Positions 8,190 to 20,146 of a stretch of 64,000 nucleotides of DNA are shown piece after piece. Made by a program: the position numbers and the translations under genes. Under the pieces are notes generated by a model, which worked only from the letters and a program-made list of their open reading frames with translations, ran no database searches and was not told the DNA's origin. The DNA lies in contig OZ244653.1 of assembly GCA_965218795.1 (NCBI GenBank), positions 576,001-640,000 of the forward strand, given 5' to 3'. Positions within the stretch are counted from its first letter, which is position 1, and each line of letters opens with the position of its first letter. Source of the stretch: a bacterium (GTDB taxonomy: Bacteria > UBA8248 > JACPRG01 > G963555815).

Positions 8190-10505
8190 ATGGACCAACA
8201 CGGCAATCTGACCATTGTCGGGAGCGACCAGGCGAACGTTGATGGGTTTTTGAAGTCAACGGGCCAGGCGGTCTATGGGGCGGATTTCTCAATGCCGGGC
8301 ATGCTCGTGGGGAAATACTTGCGGAGCCAGCAACCCCACGCCAGGATTCTCAACATCGAGACAGCGCGTGCGGAGAAGCTGAGCGGTATCCGCGCCGTCG
8401 TGACGGGCAAGGACTTCCCCAAACGCTTCGGCCTCGTCCTGCGCGATCAAGTCTATTTGGCGGTCGATCGAGTCCGATACGCGGGCGAACCCGTGGTTGG
8501 CGTTGCGGCCGAGGACCTGGACACGGCAATGGAAGCCTTGGAATCAATCCAGGTCGAATACGAGCCTTTACCGGCATTGTTCGATCCGGAGGAATCCTTG
8601 AAAGAGGACGCCATCCTGATCCACCCCGACCTGGGCGAGTATGAATGCACGCCGAGCTTCCATCCCGTGCCCGAAACCAATATAGCGAACCACCTGAAAG
8701 TACGTACCGGGGATGTCGACGAAGGCTTCCGCCAGAGTGCCGTCGTCTATGAAGGGACCTACACAACGCCGGCCGTTCATCACGTTTACATGGAGCCCAA
8801 TGCTCATGTGGCCCAATTTACGAGCGACGGAAGACTCAACCTCTGGGCCGATACCCAGACGACTTATCTTTCGCGTCTGAAACTCTCCGAGTCCCTGGGG
8901 CTCCCCATGAGCAAAATACGGGTGATTGCCACCTATGTGGGAGGGGGCTTCGGCGGGAAGCACTTCCAAGGCCAACCGGAAACCGTAGCCTTGGCCATGA
9001 AAACCGGCGGGAGACCCGTGAAAGTTCAGTTTACGCGGGAGGAGGCCTTCCAGGCCACTTCGCTGCGCCATCCTTCCAAGGTGACCATTACGACCGGCGC
9101 AATGAAAGATGGGACCTTCGTAGCCCGCAAGAACCGGGTCATTATGGATACGGGGGCCTACTCCGAGCGCGGCGTGATGGTGACGAAGAACGCGGGATAC
9201 AGCTCGCCGGGTCCGTACCGCTTTCCCCACGTCTGGATCGATGCGTACTGCGTCTATACCAACAAGACCATCAGCGGGGCTTTCCGAGGATTCGGAATTC
9301 CCCAGGTCTGTTGGGCGCATGAGGTCCACCTGGAGGAACTGGCGGAAGAGCTGGGTATGGATTCCTACGACCTCAGGATGAAGAACGCCTTCGTCGATGG
9401 GGACGTGACCTGGACTGGCCAAGAGTTGAGCAGCGTGGGCGTCAAGCCCTGCCTCGAGGCGGTTTTCGAATCGATCGATTGGCCCAGGAAACGCGGCCAC
9501 AAAGGGAATATCCGGCGGGGGCGCGGCATAGCGGCCATGCAAAAGTCGACGGTGACGTTTTCCTCTGGCGCCACCCTCAAGATCAACGAAGATGGAACGG
9601 TGAATGTGCTTTCCGCGGCGGTCGATTGCGGACAGGGCTCCAACACCATGCTCGGCCAAATCGTTGCCGAGGAGTTGGGCGTCAAGCCGGAATCCGTGGT
9701 GATGGCCGCCTCGGACACGGATATCGGTCCATTTGATTGGGGGACCGCAGCGAGCCGGGTAACATTCATTCTGGGTCCGGCCATCCGGAACGCGGCTATC
9801 GACGCGCGCAATCAGCTCCTCGAGCGCGCGGCCGACCAGATGGAGGCGCGGCCGGAGGATCTCTTTGTGCGGGACGGGATGATCCGGTTCAAGAGTGATC
9901 CGGAAAAGAGGATGTCCATATCAGAAGTGTACATGGGCAATCACCGGCAGGGCGGGAAAGGCACCCCCATCATGGGCGTCGGGGCGCATGCCAACGAGAT
10001 GACGCCCCTGGATGAGCTCGGGCACGGGACGAAGCCGACTCCCTTCTGGATGCATGCGGCTCAGGCCGCCGAGGTGGAGGTGGATACCGACACGGGAGAC
10101 GTCACGGTCACCAAATTGGTGGGTGCTCACGACGTCGGCAAGGCCATCAATCCCATCAGTTGCGTGGCGCAGATTGAAGGCGCCTTGGCGACGGGGCTTG
10201 GATACGCCCTTTCCGAGGAGCTTCAATACGACGGTGGAGAATGCATCAATCCAAGCTTGGCCGATTACAAGATTCCCACGGCCTTGGACTGTCCTCCCTA
10301 CGAATCTATCGTCATCGAGGTGCCCCACGAAGATGGACCTTACGGTGCCAAGGGACTTGGTGAGCCGGGTCTTGCACCGACGGCAGCAGCCATCGCCAAC
10401 GCAATCCATGACGCCTGCGGGGTAAGGATTCGCAATCTCCCGCTCACTGCGGAAAAGGTGTATGCGGAGCTGCAACGGATGAAGGCGGAGGAGAAGGGCA
10501 TGTAG
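8190..10505 (+). CDS. Xanthine dehydrogenase family molybdopterin-binding (large) subunit
   Basis: GGGFGGK, AFRGFGIPQ, GQGSNT, GAKGLGEP (catalytic Glu); 771 aa. Confidence 0.93.
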   Translation: MDQHGNLTIVGSDQANVDGFLKSTGQAVYGADFSMPGMLVGKYLRSQQPHARILNIETARAEKLSGIRAVVTGKDFPKRFGLVLRDQVYLAVDRVRYAGEPVVGVAAEDLDTAMEALESIQVEYEPLPALFDPEESLKEDAILIHPDLGEYECTPSFHPVPETNIANHLKVRTGDVDEGFRQSAVVYEGTYTTPAVHHVYMEPNAHVAQFTSDGRLNLWADTQTTYLSRLKLSESLGLPMSKIRVIATYVGGGFGGKHFQGQPETVALAMKTGGRPVKVQFTREEAFQATSLRHPSKVTITTGAMKDGTFVARKNRVIMDTGAYSERGVMVTKNAGYSSPGPYRFPHVWIDAYCVYTNKTISGAFRGFGIPQVCWAHEVHLEELAEELGMDSYDLRMKNAFVDGDVTWTGQELSSVGVKPCLEAVFESIDWPRKRGHKGNIRRGRGIAAMQKSTVTFSSGATLKINEDGTVNVLSAAVDCGQGSNTMLGQIVAEELGVKPESVVMAASDTDIGPFDWGTAASRVTFILGPAIRNAAIDARNQLLERAADQMEARPEDLFVRDGMIRFKSDPEKRMSISEVYMGNHRQGGKGTPIMGVGAHANEMTPLDELGHGTKPTPFWMHAAQAAEVEVDTDTGDVTVTKLVGAHDVGKAINPISCVAQIEGALATGLGYALSEELQYDGGECINPSLADYKIPTALDCPPYESIVIEVPHEDGPYGAKGLGEPGLAPTAAAIANAIHDACGVRIRNLPLTAEKVYAELQRMKAEEKGM

Positions 10506-10606
10506 CAGTCCCGGGCCGACTCCGTTCTCTCTGGAGAGGGTCGGAGGCTTTCGCCTCCGCGGCTTCCCGGGCATGCGACCATCACGGAGCAATAGGAATC
10601 GTTGAA

Positions 10607-11074
10607 ATGACAAACTCAGGCGAGAAAGGCCCCAAACGGGGGGAAGAGAAGAGTATCGAAGAGGTTCAGCGCGAGGGCGGGGTCTTCAATATCGACGAGA
10701 GCCAGGCGGTGCATGAGCTCCCGAATGGTACGCTCCGCCTCCTTGTGTGGCCCGGGATGGGCGCGCGAATGCTGAGCACACATTCGGCCCGCCTCAAACC
10801 CGGACAGGCCTTCGAAGCGCATGCCCACGCTGTAGCCGAAGACGTCATCCTCGTATATCGTGGGAAGGGCAGGGTATTTCTCCATGATCGCTGGTATGAC
10901 GTCAAAGAGGGTGATCTGGTATACGCTCCGGCGGGCGTGAAGCACGGCTTCGCGAATCCGGCCGAGAACACCGAAGATATGATCACATTGGGTACCGGTT
11001 CGCCCCCGATGCTGGATCTCTACGAGAGCGCCGGGTATTTGAAGGACAACGTTTTTACATTCAAAGACGAATAG
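10607..11074 (+). CDS. Cupin domain protein
   Basis: PGQAFEAHAHAVAED...GDLVYAPAGVKHGFAN metal-binding cupin motifs. Confidence 0.88.
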   Translation: MTNSGEKGPKRGEEKSIEEVQREGGVFNIDESQAVHELPNGTLRLLVWPGMGARMLSTHSARLKPGQAFEAHAHAVAEDVILVYRGKGRVFLHDRWYDVKEGDLVYAPAGVKHGFANPAENTEDMITLGTGSPPMLDLYESAGYLKDNVFTFKDE

Positions 11075-11090
11075 TCGAGCGGACATTTCG

Positions 11091-11903
11091 ATGAAGGTCG
11101 GATTCTATCAATTTGCACCGGTTTTCGGGGATGTTGGCGGAAACCTGAAGACTGTCCGGGATGCGGTCTCCGGGATGGAGGCCGACCTGATCGTACTGCC
11201 TGAGCTGTTCAACACGGGATACCAGTTCGTGTCCGAGGGAGAAGCGCGCGAACTGGCCGAGCCGATTCCCGGCGGGGATACCTGCGGGGCCATGATGGAC
11301 CTGGCCGATGAGCGCGGATTGTACATTGTGGGTGGTCTGGCCGAATGCGAAGGCGGCAGAGTCTACAATTCATGTGCGCTCTTCGGTCCGGAAGGCTTTA
11401 TCGGGCGGTACCGCAAGCTTCACTTGTTCTACGAAGAGAAGCGGTGGTTTCAGCCGGGAGAAGAGCCGCCGCCCGTTTTCGATCTGGGAGACGTAAGCGT
11501 CGGCCTCATGATTTGCTTTGATTGGTTTTTCCCCGAAACGGCGCGCATGCTCGCGGTCCAGGGGGCGGACATCGTGTGTCATCCCGCCAATCTGATTTTC
11601 ACGCTATGTCATCAGGCGATGTTGACCCGGTGTCTCGAAAACCGGGTCTATGCCGTTACGTGCAATCGAACGGGTAGGGATGAGCGGAAGCAGGATGAGA
11701 CTTTGACATACACGGGCGGAAGCCAGATTGTCGATCCCCACGGGAAGTTGCTGATTCGGGCCGGAGAGGGCGAGCCGGAAGGACAGGTTCTCGAAGTTGA
11801 TCCGAAAGCCGCAAGAAACAAGGATTTTAATGAATTCAACAATATACTGAGCGACCGGCGCGTGGCGATTTACGAGTCGCTGAACCGTCCCATTGCCTCA
11901 TGA
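11091..11903 (+). CDS. Carbon-nitrogen hydrolase (nitrilase superfamily amidohydrolase)
   Basis: Glu-Lys-Cys triad: VLPEL, YRKLHLF, ICFDW. Confidence 0.93.
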   Translation: MKVGFYQFAPVFGDVGGNLKTVRDAVSGMEADLIVLPELFNTGYQFVSEGEARELAEPIPGGDTCGAMMDLADERGLYIVGGLAECEGGRVYNSCALFGPEGFIGRYRKLHLFYEEKRWFQPGEEPPPVFDLGDVSVGLMICFDWFFPETARMLAVQGADIVCHPANLIFTLCHQAMLTRCLENRVYAVTCNRTGRDERKQDETLTYTGGSQIVDPHGKLLIRAGEGEPEGQVLEVDPKAARNKDFNEFNNILSDRRVAIYESLNRPIAS

Positions 11904-11919
11904 GGTATTGGAGGACACA

Positions 11920-13584
11920 ATGAAATTCAACTCCAGGACGATCAACGACTTCCGGAGACCGAATTGCGTCCTCCCCTTGATCGTCTCGCTGACCCTGATC
12001 GGTTTGTCAGGTCTGTCCGTATCTGGTGCTGGTGCAGCCGAAAAGGTCGCCCGGATCGTTTTCTCACCAAAAGAGGAACTGACCCTCGAACGATTGGACC
12101 CCATTCCGCTTGCCTGCCGTCGAGGTCCCTTTCAGCTTGAAATTCCCGTAACTCGCTTGGCCTCCGTAAGTGTCATCGACCGGACAGTTCTCGAGCTGCG
12201 ATTCCGGGGCGGAGGTTCCTGCAAGACGAAGGTTCCCAAGTCACCCGTCACCGGGGAGTGGTCGCATGGAGCCTTCAAGCAGGATTGGAAAGACCTCCGG
12301 CGGATTGAAATTCTCAAGCCGTCGAAGTCGGAGGATGGAAAGGGCCGCGGACCCTTGGCCGTCATCCGCGCCGGCAACCGGGTGACAATGAAAGGCGTCC
12401 GTCTCAGCGAAAACGAACCGCTGAAGGTCAGAAAGGGGGCGTTCCAGCTTCTCATCGCCTGGAATCGGATTCAGGACCTTGAACAGGCGGCCTCCGGAAA
12501 GGCGATGCAAATCCGGTTGATGGACGGAGTGGCCGCCGGAGGGAAACCCCCGAAGCTCGTGGAAGGTGAATGGCGGGGGGCGTCTTTGAAAGTTCCGGGC
12601 CGGCTGGTCCGAAGCATCGAGATCCAGGATGAAAAGAAGAAATCGGAAGCCATGGAGAAGAAGGGGCAGCGGGGGTCGCCTCCACCTGGTCAGCGATCAA
12701 GGACGAAGACTTGGGGCGTGGTGGCGGACGACGGCGGGGTCCGCTTTGACATCACCGGGCCGCCGGAGTTTGACGGGCCGTTCAACTTTTGGAACGAGAT
12801 TCGCCAAGTCCGGGATCGGTCCTACCTGCCCCTGGCGCAGGGGCCGTCCGTCAAGGACGGGAGGACGATTTTGATTCCGGCCGAAAGGGTTCGGGATGTC
12901 AAGAAAAGCAAGGAACGAAACGCCGTCCGTTATGAGGTGACGCTGCAATCGGGACACCGATATTCAGGCAGCGTCGCTTCCGGCAATCTCTATGCCGCAA
13001 CCCTCGCCGGAAGGATCGAAATCCCGATTTCCCGGATTAGCCTGTTCGCCCCTGTGAAAGCGTCCAAACGGCCGGTGCCCCCCGCAACCCTTCGGGCGGT
13101 GATCCATCCGCCTTCGGGCAATCCGATCCGGGTGAAGGACCCGTTGTTGTTTTACGAGCGGAAGCTTCGGCCCGATTGGAAGGAGTCGGGTCCGAGCTGG
13201 GCGGGGGGACATACAAAGCCGTTCCTTTTCGTCAAGCTGGGGAGCACCGTCCAGCGCGTCAGCTTCTCCAAGTTGAAACGGCTGGAAGTGCCGGCCGGTC
13301 CCGACGGTCGATTTATATTTGCAAACAGGGACGGCAGTCAACTCAGTTTAACGGTGGATTGGGACCGGCACCGCGAAGTGGAGGACCTGGCCGGGATCGA
13401 GCAGGTTCACCCTTCCGGAGAGGCCTATGAGCTCGGTCATATCGGGCTCGTGGGGCGGATCGCTCCGGGGATCCTTGTTCACATTCCCTGGAAACATATC
13501 CGGGCCGTCGATCTGGAGAAGGCGCCTGCCGGAGCTCCCGGCCCGAAGGCCCCCTCGCCAAGAGTTCGGTCGACCGACCCGTAG
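11920..13584 (+). CDS. Hypothetical exported protein with four tandem beta-rich modules
   Basis: GGAGG RBS before ATG 11920; signal-peptide-like hydrophobic stretch ending AGA-AE; recurring (I/V)Pxxx(I/L)xx(I/V) motifs. Confidence 0.75.
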   Translation: MKFNSRTINDFRRPNCVLPLIVSLTLIGLSGLSVSGAGAAEKVARIVFSPKEELTLERLDPIPLACRRGPFQLEIPVTRLASVSVIDRTVLELRFRGGGSCKTKVPKSPVTGEWSHGAFKQDWKDLRRIEILKPSKSEDGKGRGPLAVIRAGNRVTMKGVRLSENEPLKVRKGAFQLLIAWNRIQDLEQAASGKAMQIRLMDGVAAGGKPPKLVEGEWRGASLKVPGRLVRSIEIQDEKKKSEAMEKKGQRGSPPPGQRSRTKTWGVVADDGGVRFDITGPPEFDGPFNFWNEIRQVRDRSYLPLAQGPSVKDGRTILIPAERVRDVKKSKERNAVRYEVTLQSGHRYSGSVASGNLYAATLAGRIEIPISRISLFAPVKASKRPVPPATLRAVIHPPSGNPIRVKDPLLFYERKLRPDWKESGPSWAGGHTKPFLFVKLGSTVQRVSFSKLKRLEVPAGPDGRFIFANRDGSQLSLTVDWDRHREVEDLAGIEQVHPSGEAYELGHIGLVGRIAPGILVHIPWKHIRAVDLEKAPAGAPGPKAPSPRVRSTDP

Positions 13585-13630
13585 CGTCGACGCGGGCCGG
13601 ACGGGACATCGCCCCGCCGCTCTTCAACCC

Positions 13631-14626
13631 TCAGACCTTCGCGACGTCCAGGGTTGACTCTACGAACAACTCATCGACCGACAGCTTGCGCTCGGACAGG
13701 CCCTGCTCGAAGGAGTACCGGGTCAGGGCCTCGATGGTCGTGCGGTTGGGTTCGACGCCGTACGACCAGTAATCCTCGCCCAATACCTGCTTGCTGACTT
13801 CCAACTCATGGACCAGCCAGGGGAGCGTCGCCCCCAATGCCGCCGTCGACTCCAGGTTCTCAAGGGCGAGAGCCTTGGAACGGCACAAGGCTTCGTACAA
13901 GTTTTGGGCGACCCAAGGGTCATTCTCCAGGATCGATTCCTTGATAACGACCAGATGCATGATGGGATAGACGCCCGTGCGCTTGTAGTAGTCCATCTCC
14001 ACTTCTTTGTAATCGGGGAAGAGCCGGACCACGTTGGAGTCCGGCTGGTAAAACGCAGATGGCGCTCTGGCGGTGAACAAAGCATCGATATCACCGCTGT
14101 CCAGCATCTCGTTCAGCGTTTTGGGGGCCGGGGGGTTCTCGACTGTGATCGTAGGCGGAAGATGGAGATCGACTCTTTCCTTTCGGCCCCACTCTTCCAG
14201 TCCACCGGCGACCCAGGTCACGCCCGTTTGATCCACGCCGTATTCATGGTGAAAGATTCCTCTCAACCAGACAATGGCGGTCATGGCGTACTCGGGGACG
14301 CCGATTCGCTTGCCCGCCAGATCCTCCGGTTTTTCGATTCCCGCATTCTTGTTGATGAAAACGCAGGAGTGCCGAAAGAATTTGGAGGGGAATACCGGAA
14401 TGGCTCGGAAGGGCGGGTTCGGGCGAGACCGAAAGATGAGGTAAGCCGAAAAACTCATCTCACTGGCATCAAACTCCTGGAACTTGCTCTGGCGCCAAAA
14501 GATGTCTTCCACCGGAAGGCGAAGAAAGTTGAGATCAATGCCCCCGGGCACAATGGTCCCGTCTTCAAGGTAGCGTGTCCGATCATAATCGGCACAAGCG
14601 AAACTCATCTTTAAATTCGACACCAT
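13631..14626 (-). CDS. 4,5-dihydroxyphthalate decarboxylase-like / periplasmic-binding-fold protein
   Basis: FACADYDRT, FDASEMSFS, IPVFPSKFFRHS, GVPEYAMTA, YPIMHLV, YWSYGVEPNR. Confidence 0.8.
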   Translation of the reverse strand: MVSNLKMSFACADYDRTRYLEDGTIVPGGIDLNFLRLPVEDIFWRQSKFQEFDASEMSFSAYLIFRSRPNPPFRAIPVFPSKFFRHSCVFINKNAGIEKPEDLAGKRIGVPEYAMTAIVWLRGIFHHEYGVDQTGVTWVAGGLEEWGRKERVDLHLPPTITVENPPAPKTLNEMLDSGDIDALFTARAPSAFYQPDSNVVRLFPDYKEVEMDYYKRTGVYPIMHLVVIKESILENDPWVAQNLYEALCRSKALALENLESTAALGATLPWLVHELEVSKQVLGEDYWSYGVEPNRTTIEALTRYSFEQGLSERKLSVDELFVESTLDVAKV

Positions 14627-14718
14627 CGTTCTCCCATTTCCCAACCAGGGGTGATGAGCCGCGCGGTTCCGCGGCCCGCGAACCTGAATTACGTTCCTCT
14701 GGAATTCTCCTTATCCGA

Positions 14719-15516
14719 TCAGATATCCATCAAGGCTTTGCGCTGGGCCCCGTCCACCGTAATGGAGGCGCCGGTGATGTAACTGGCCCGTTCGGATGCA
14801 AGAAAGACGACGAGATTTCCAACCTCATCCGCTGTGCAGAAACGGCCCAGGGGGAGGCTCCTCAGGGCCAATGCAGATGCCTCCTCTCGCGTGCAGCCCC
14901 GGCCTTTGGCCATCGTGTCCACCAGACCCCACCAGCGTTCTGTGTCAACGGGCCCCGGATTCACGGCGTTGACGAGAATGTTGTCCTGAGCCAGGCTTTC
15001 CGCGATCGCCAGGGTGAAATTGATTCCGGCCGCATTTGCGGCGCCGGGGGTCAACTCGAAATGGATGGGTTTGACGCCGTCGTTTCCGATGACGTTGACA
15101 ATCCGCCCGTACTTGCGCTCGCGCATGTGAGGGACCACTGCGGTCGTGCACCGGACGTATCCCATGAATTTCAGATTCAGGCTCTCCATCCAGTCGGCTT
15201 CCACTATCTGATCAATGGTCCCGCCCGGGGAGCTTCCGGCGCAGTTCACCAGAATGTCCACATGACCGAAGTGCTCGACACATTGCTGGACGAAATGGCG
15301 GGCGTCGGCCTCCTTCGTGGTGTCGGCGGTCACCGAAAATGCCTTTTTCCCGGTTCTTGCCTCGATCGCCCGCCCGGCCTCGTCCATACCGGCCTGGTTC
15401 CGGGCGCACATGCCAATTTCGGCGCCTTCCTCGGCAAGGAGCGTGGCCGCGGATCTCCCGATACCCTTACTGCCTCCATTGATGATGGCCACTTTCCCCT
15501 GTAGTCCCAGGTCCAT
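14719..15516 (-). CDS. Short-chain dehydrogenase/reductase
   Basis: NGGSKGIG, LVNCAG, VNAVNPG; canonical YxxxK not evident (PGAANAA instead). Confidence 0.88.
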   Translation of the reverse strand: MDLGLQGKVAIINGGSKGIGRSAATLLAEEGAEIGMCARNQAGMDEAGRAIEARTGKKAFSVTADTTKEADARHFVQQCVEHFGHVDILVNCAGSSPGGTIDQIVEADWMESLNLKFMGYVRCTTAVVPHMRERKYGRIVNVIGNDGVKPIHFELTPGAANAAGINFTLAIAESLAQDNILVNAVNPGPVDTERWWGLVDTMAKGRGCTREEASALALRSLPLGRFCTADEVGNLVVFLASERASYITGASITVDGAQRKALMDI

Positions 15517-16152
15517 TGGTTCCTTCCTTCCATTGAGGCGACGACCCGAAGGATCGAGACCTCCAGGCTCGCTGAATTCACCAAGCGTGAACCCAATGCG
15601 CCGTTCAGCCGGCGCAAAGAGATTCCCTATCGTTCAAATTCTGTGATTCTACCGATTTGGCGCGGGAGAAAAAAGGGCTGCGTAAACCCATACCGGACTT
15701 CAAAGCGCGGGAGGTGAAGGAAGTGTTCTGCAATTGCCTGGTACGGGCGGTCTGGTTCCTTCGGATTTACAGCAGCTTTCGGCAGCCGCCGACGGAGGCA
15801 GACCCACCCTTCGCCCTCAATTTTTTCGGATGCTCAGCGGAAGGCTTTTCTTCCTTCGTTCGTAAGTCTCGGGAGCGTCCTGAGCGGGAGGGAGAGCGCG
15901 GGTGGGTGTGTACGGCGGGTCGATAAATCCCGGCAGACTCCTTTTTGAGCTCTCTGCCGGCAGACATTTGCCTCCTTGGGCGCGCAAAAGTGCGAACGGT
16001 TCCGGTGCCAAGTGCGCCTGCCGGTGATTCGTTCTCGCAGCATGAGGAAGGAAGATAGAACGCTGCGTCATTCGCCCGCGCGCCCATGACATCGCACCTC
16101 ATGCGGGCCATCACGGCGGACCGGGCCTCAAGCGGGAAGGCGGCGTGTCGGA

Positions 16153-17271
16153 TTATCCCATCTTCAATGGAATGAACGCCGTGGAATCCGGCTTGTCCGC
16201 GGTTCCTTCTCCGATATTGATCGCGCTGATTTTCGCGGCTACGTTGCTGGCGATCTCCCGAAAAGACGCAGCCACCGGGCTTTCAGGATCTGAGTAAACA
16301 ATCGGACGGCCTTCATCCCCCCGTTCACGGATGCGGACGTCCAGCGGGATGGCGCCCAGATACGGGACTTCATACCGAGCGGCCATCCGTTCACCGCCGC
16401 CGTGGCCGAAAATCTCAGTCCGTTCGCCACAGTGGGGGCAGACGTAATAGCTCATGTTTTCAATAATACCCAGGATGGGCGTGTCGACCTTGTTGAACAT
16501 CTGGAGACCTTTTTTGGCATCCAACAATGCGATGTCCTGCGGGGTGGTGACAATGACCGCGCCGGTCAGCGGCACCTTTTGCGTCAGCGTGAGATGGGCG
16601 TCACCGGTTCCGGGCGGCATATCGACCACCAAGTAGTCCAATTCTCCCCAGTCGACATTCTGAACGAACTGGGTCACGGCCTGCATGACCATGGGCCCCC
16701 GCCAAATGATTGGCGTGTCATCGCGGTCGCCGAGCAGGAGACCCATCGACATCAGCTTGACGCCGTAATTCTGAAGCGGAAGGATGCGGTTTCCCTCGCC
16801 AACATTCGGCTGGCCGGAAATGTTCATCATGAGGGGGATGCTGGGCCCGAAAATGTCCGAGTCCATCAGGCCGACGGCGGCGCCATACTGAGCCAGAGCC
16901 ATTGCCAGATTGACGGCGACGGTGGACTTTCCCACGCCGCCTTTCCCGCTGGCAACGGCAAAGACGTTCTTGACGCCCGGGATGAGCTGCCGATCTGTCG
17001 TGGCCCGCCCCTGGGGGACGCGGAACGTCATCTCAACGGAAACCCGTTCGACTCCGGGAAGTTCCAGGATATGCTTCTCGACCTGGGCTTGCAGATCATC
17101 CTTGACCGGGCAGGCAGGGGTGGTCAACTCGATACTCAGCGAGACAGCCGGTCCGTCGACACTCAGGTTTTTTACGAACCCCAGCGAGACGATATCCCGG
17201 CTGAGATCCGGGTCGATGACACCGCGCAGGGCGTTGAGTACTTGCTCTTCCGTAACGGATGGATTGACCAT
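16153..17271 (-). CDS. apbC: Mrp/NBP35 (ApbC) Fe-S cluster carrier ATPase with N-terminal DUF59-like domain
   Basis: VIDPDL..TTPACP, SGKGGVGKST, DMPPGTGD, ENMSYYVCPHC. Confidence 0.95.
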   Translation of the reverse strand: MVNPSVTEEQVLNALRGVIDPDLSRDIVSLGFVKNLSVDGPAVSLSIELTTPACPVKDDLQAQVEKHILELPGVERVSVEMTFRVPQGRATTDRQLIPGVKNVFAVASGKGGVGKSTVAVNLAMALAQYGAAVGLMDSDIFGPSIPLMMNISGQPNVGEGNRILPLQNYGVKLMSMGLLLGDRDDTPIIWRGPMVMQAVTQFVQNVDWGELDYLVVDMPPGTGDAHLTLTQKVPLTGAVIVTTPQDIALLDAKKGLQMFNKVDTPILGIIENMSYYVCPHCGERTEIFGHGGGERMAARYEVPYLGAIPLDVRIRERGDEGRPIVYSDPESPVAASFREIASNVAAKISAINIGEGTADKPDSTAFIPLKMG

Positions 17272-17617
17272 GTCCCCCTTCCTCCAAGACCGGAGATGTG
17301 AGCGGCCTCAGACGGGCCGCTTCCACTTTATTCAATCGATGATTTCCGATGCAGTCCTTTCCTTGGGACCGAGGATACGAAGAGTGAATCTTCTTCAAAG
17401 TCTCTTGCATCCTGGATTCCGCCAGACGCTGGCCTGAACCCTCCGATGGATTCCTTCGGAACTCGATGAATCGAAACATCTGCCGCGCCCGATCCGGGTG
17501 CGGAAAATCGTATTCTATTGGAAGACCTTCACGCCTGGGTCGCAAAGGCCGAGCAGCGCCTCCGGAAAGCCTCGGTTGCAAGACGAGCTTGGCCTAGACC
17601 TCCTTAGCAACCGACGC

Positions 17618-20085
<2,468 letters not shown>

Positions 20086-20146
20086 GTCGATACGTTTCCT
20101 TTCTGTTTTGTTTTGGGAACCGGGTTCAGGCGCAGCGGCCTTGCGG

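Noticed and set aside
17280-17615. SAH/SAM riboswitch near ahcY/metK
   Set aside because: The gap is downstream of ahcY and I could not match the riboswitch consensus; only a generic hairpin is present.
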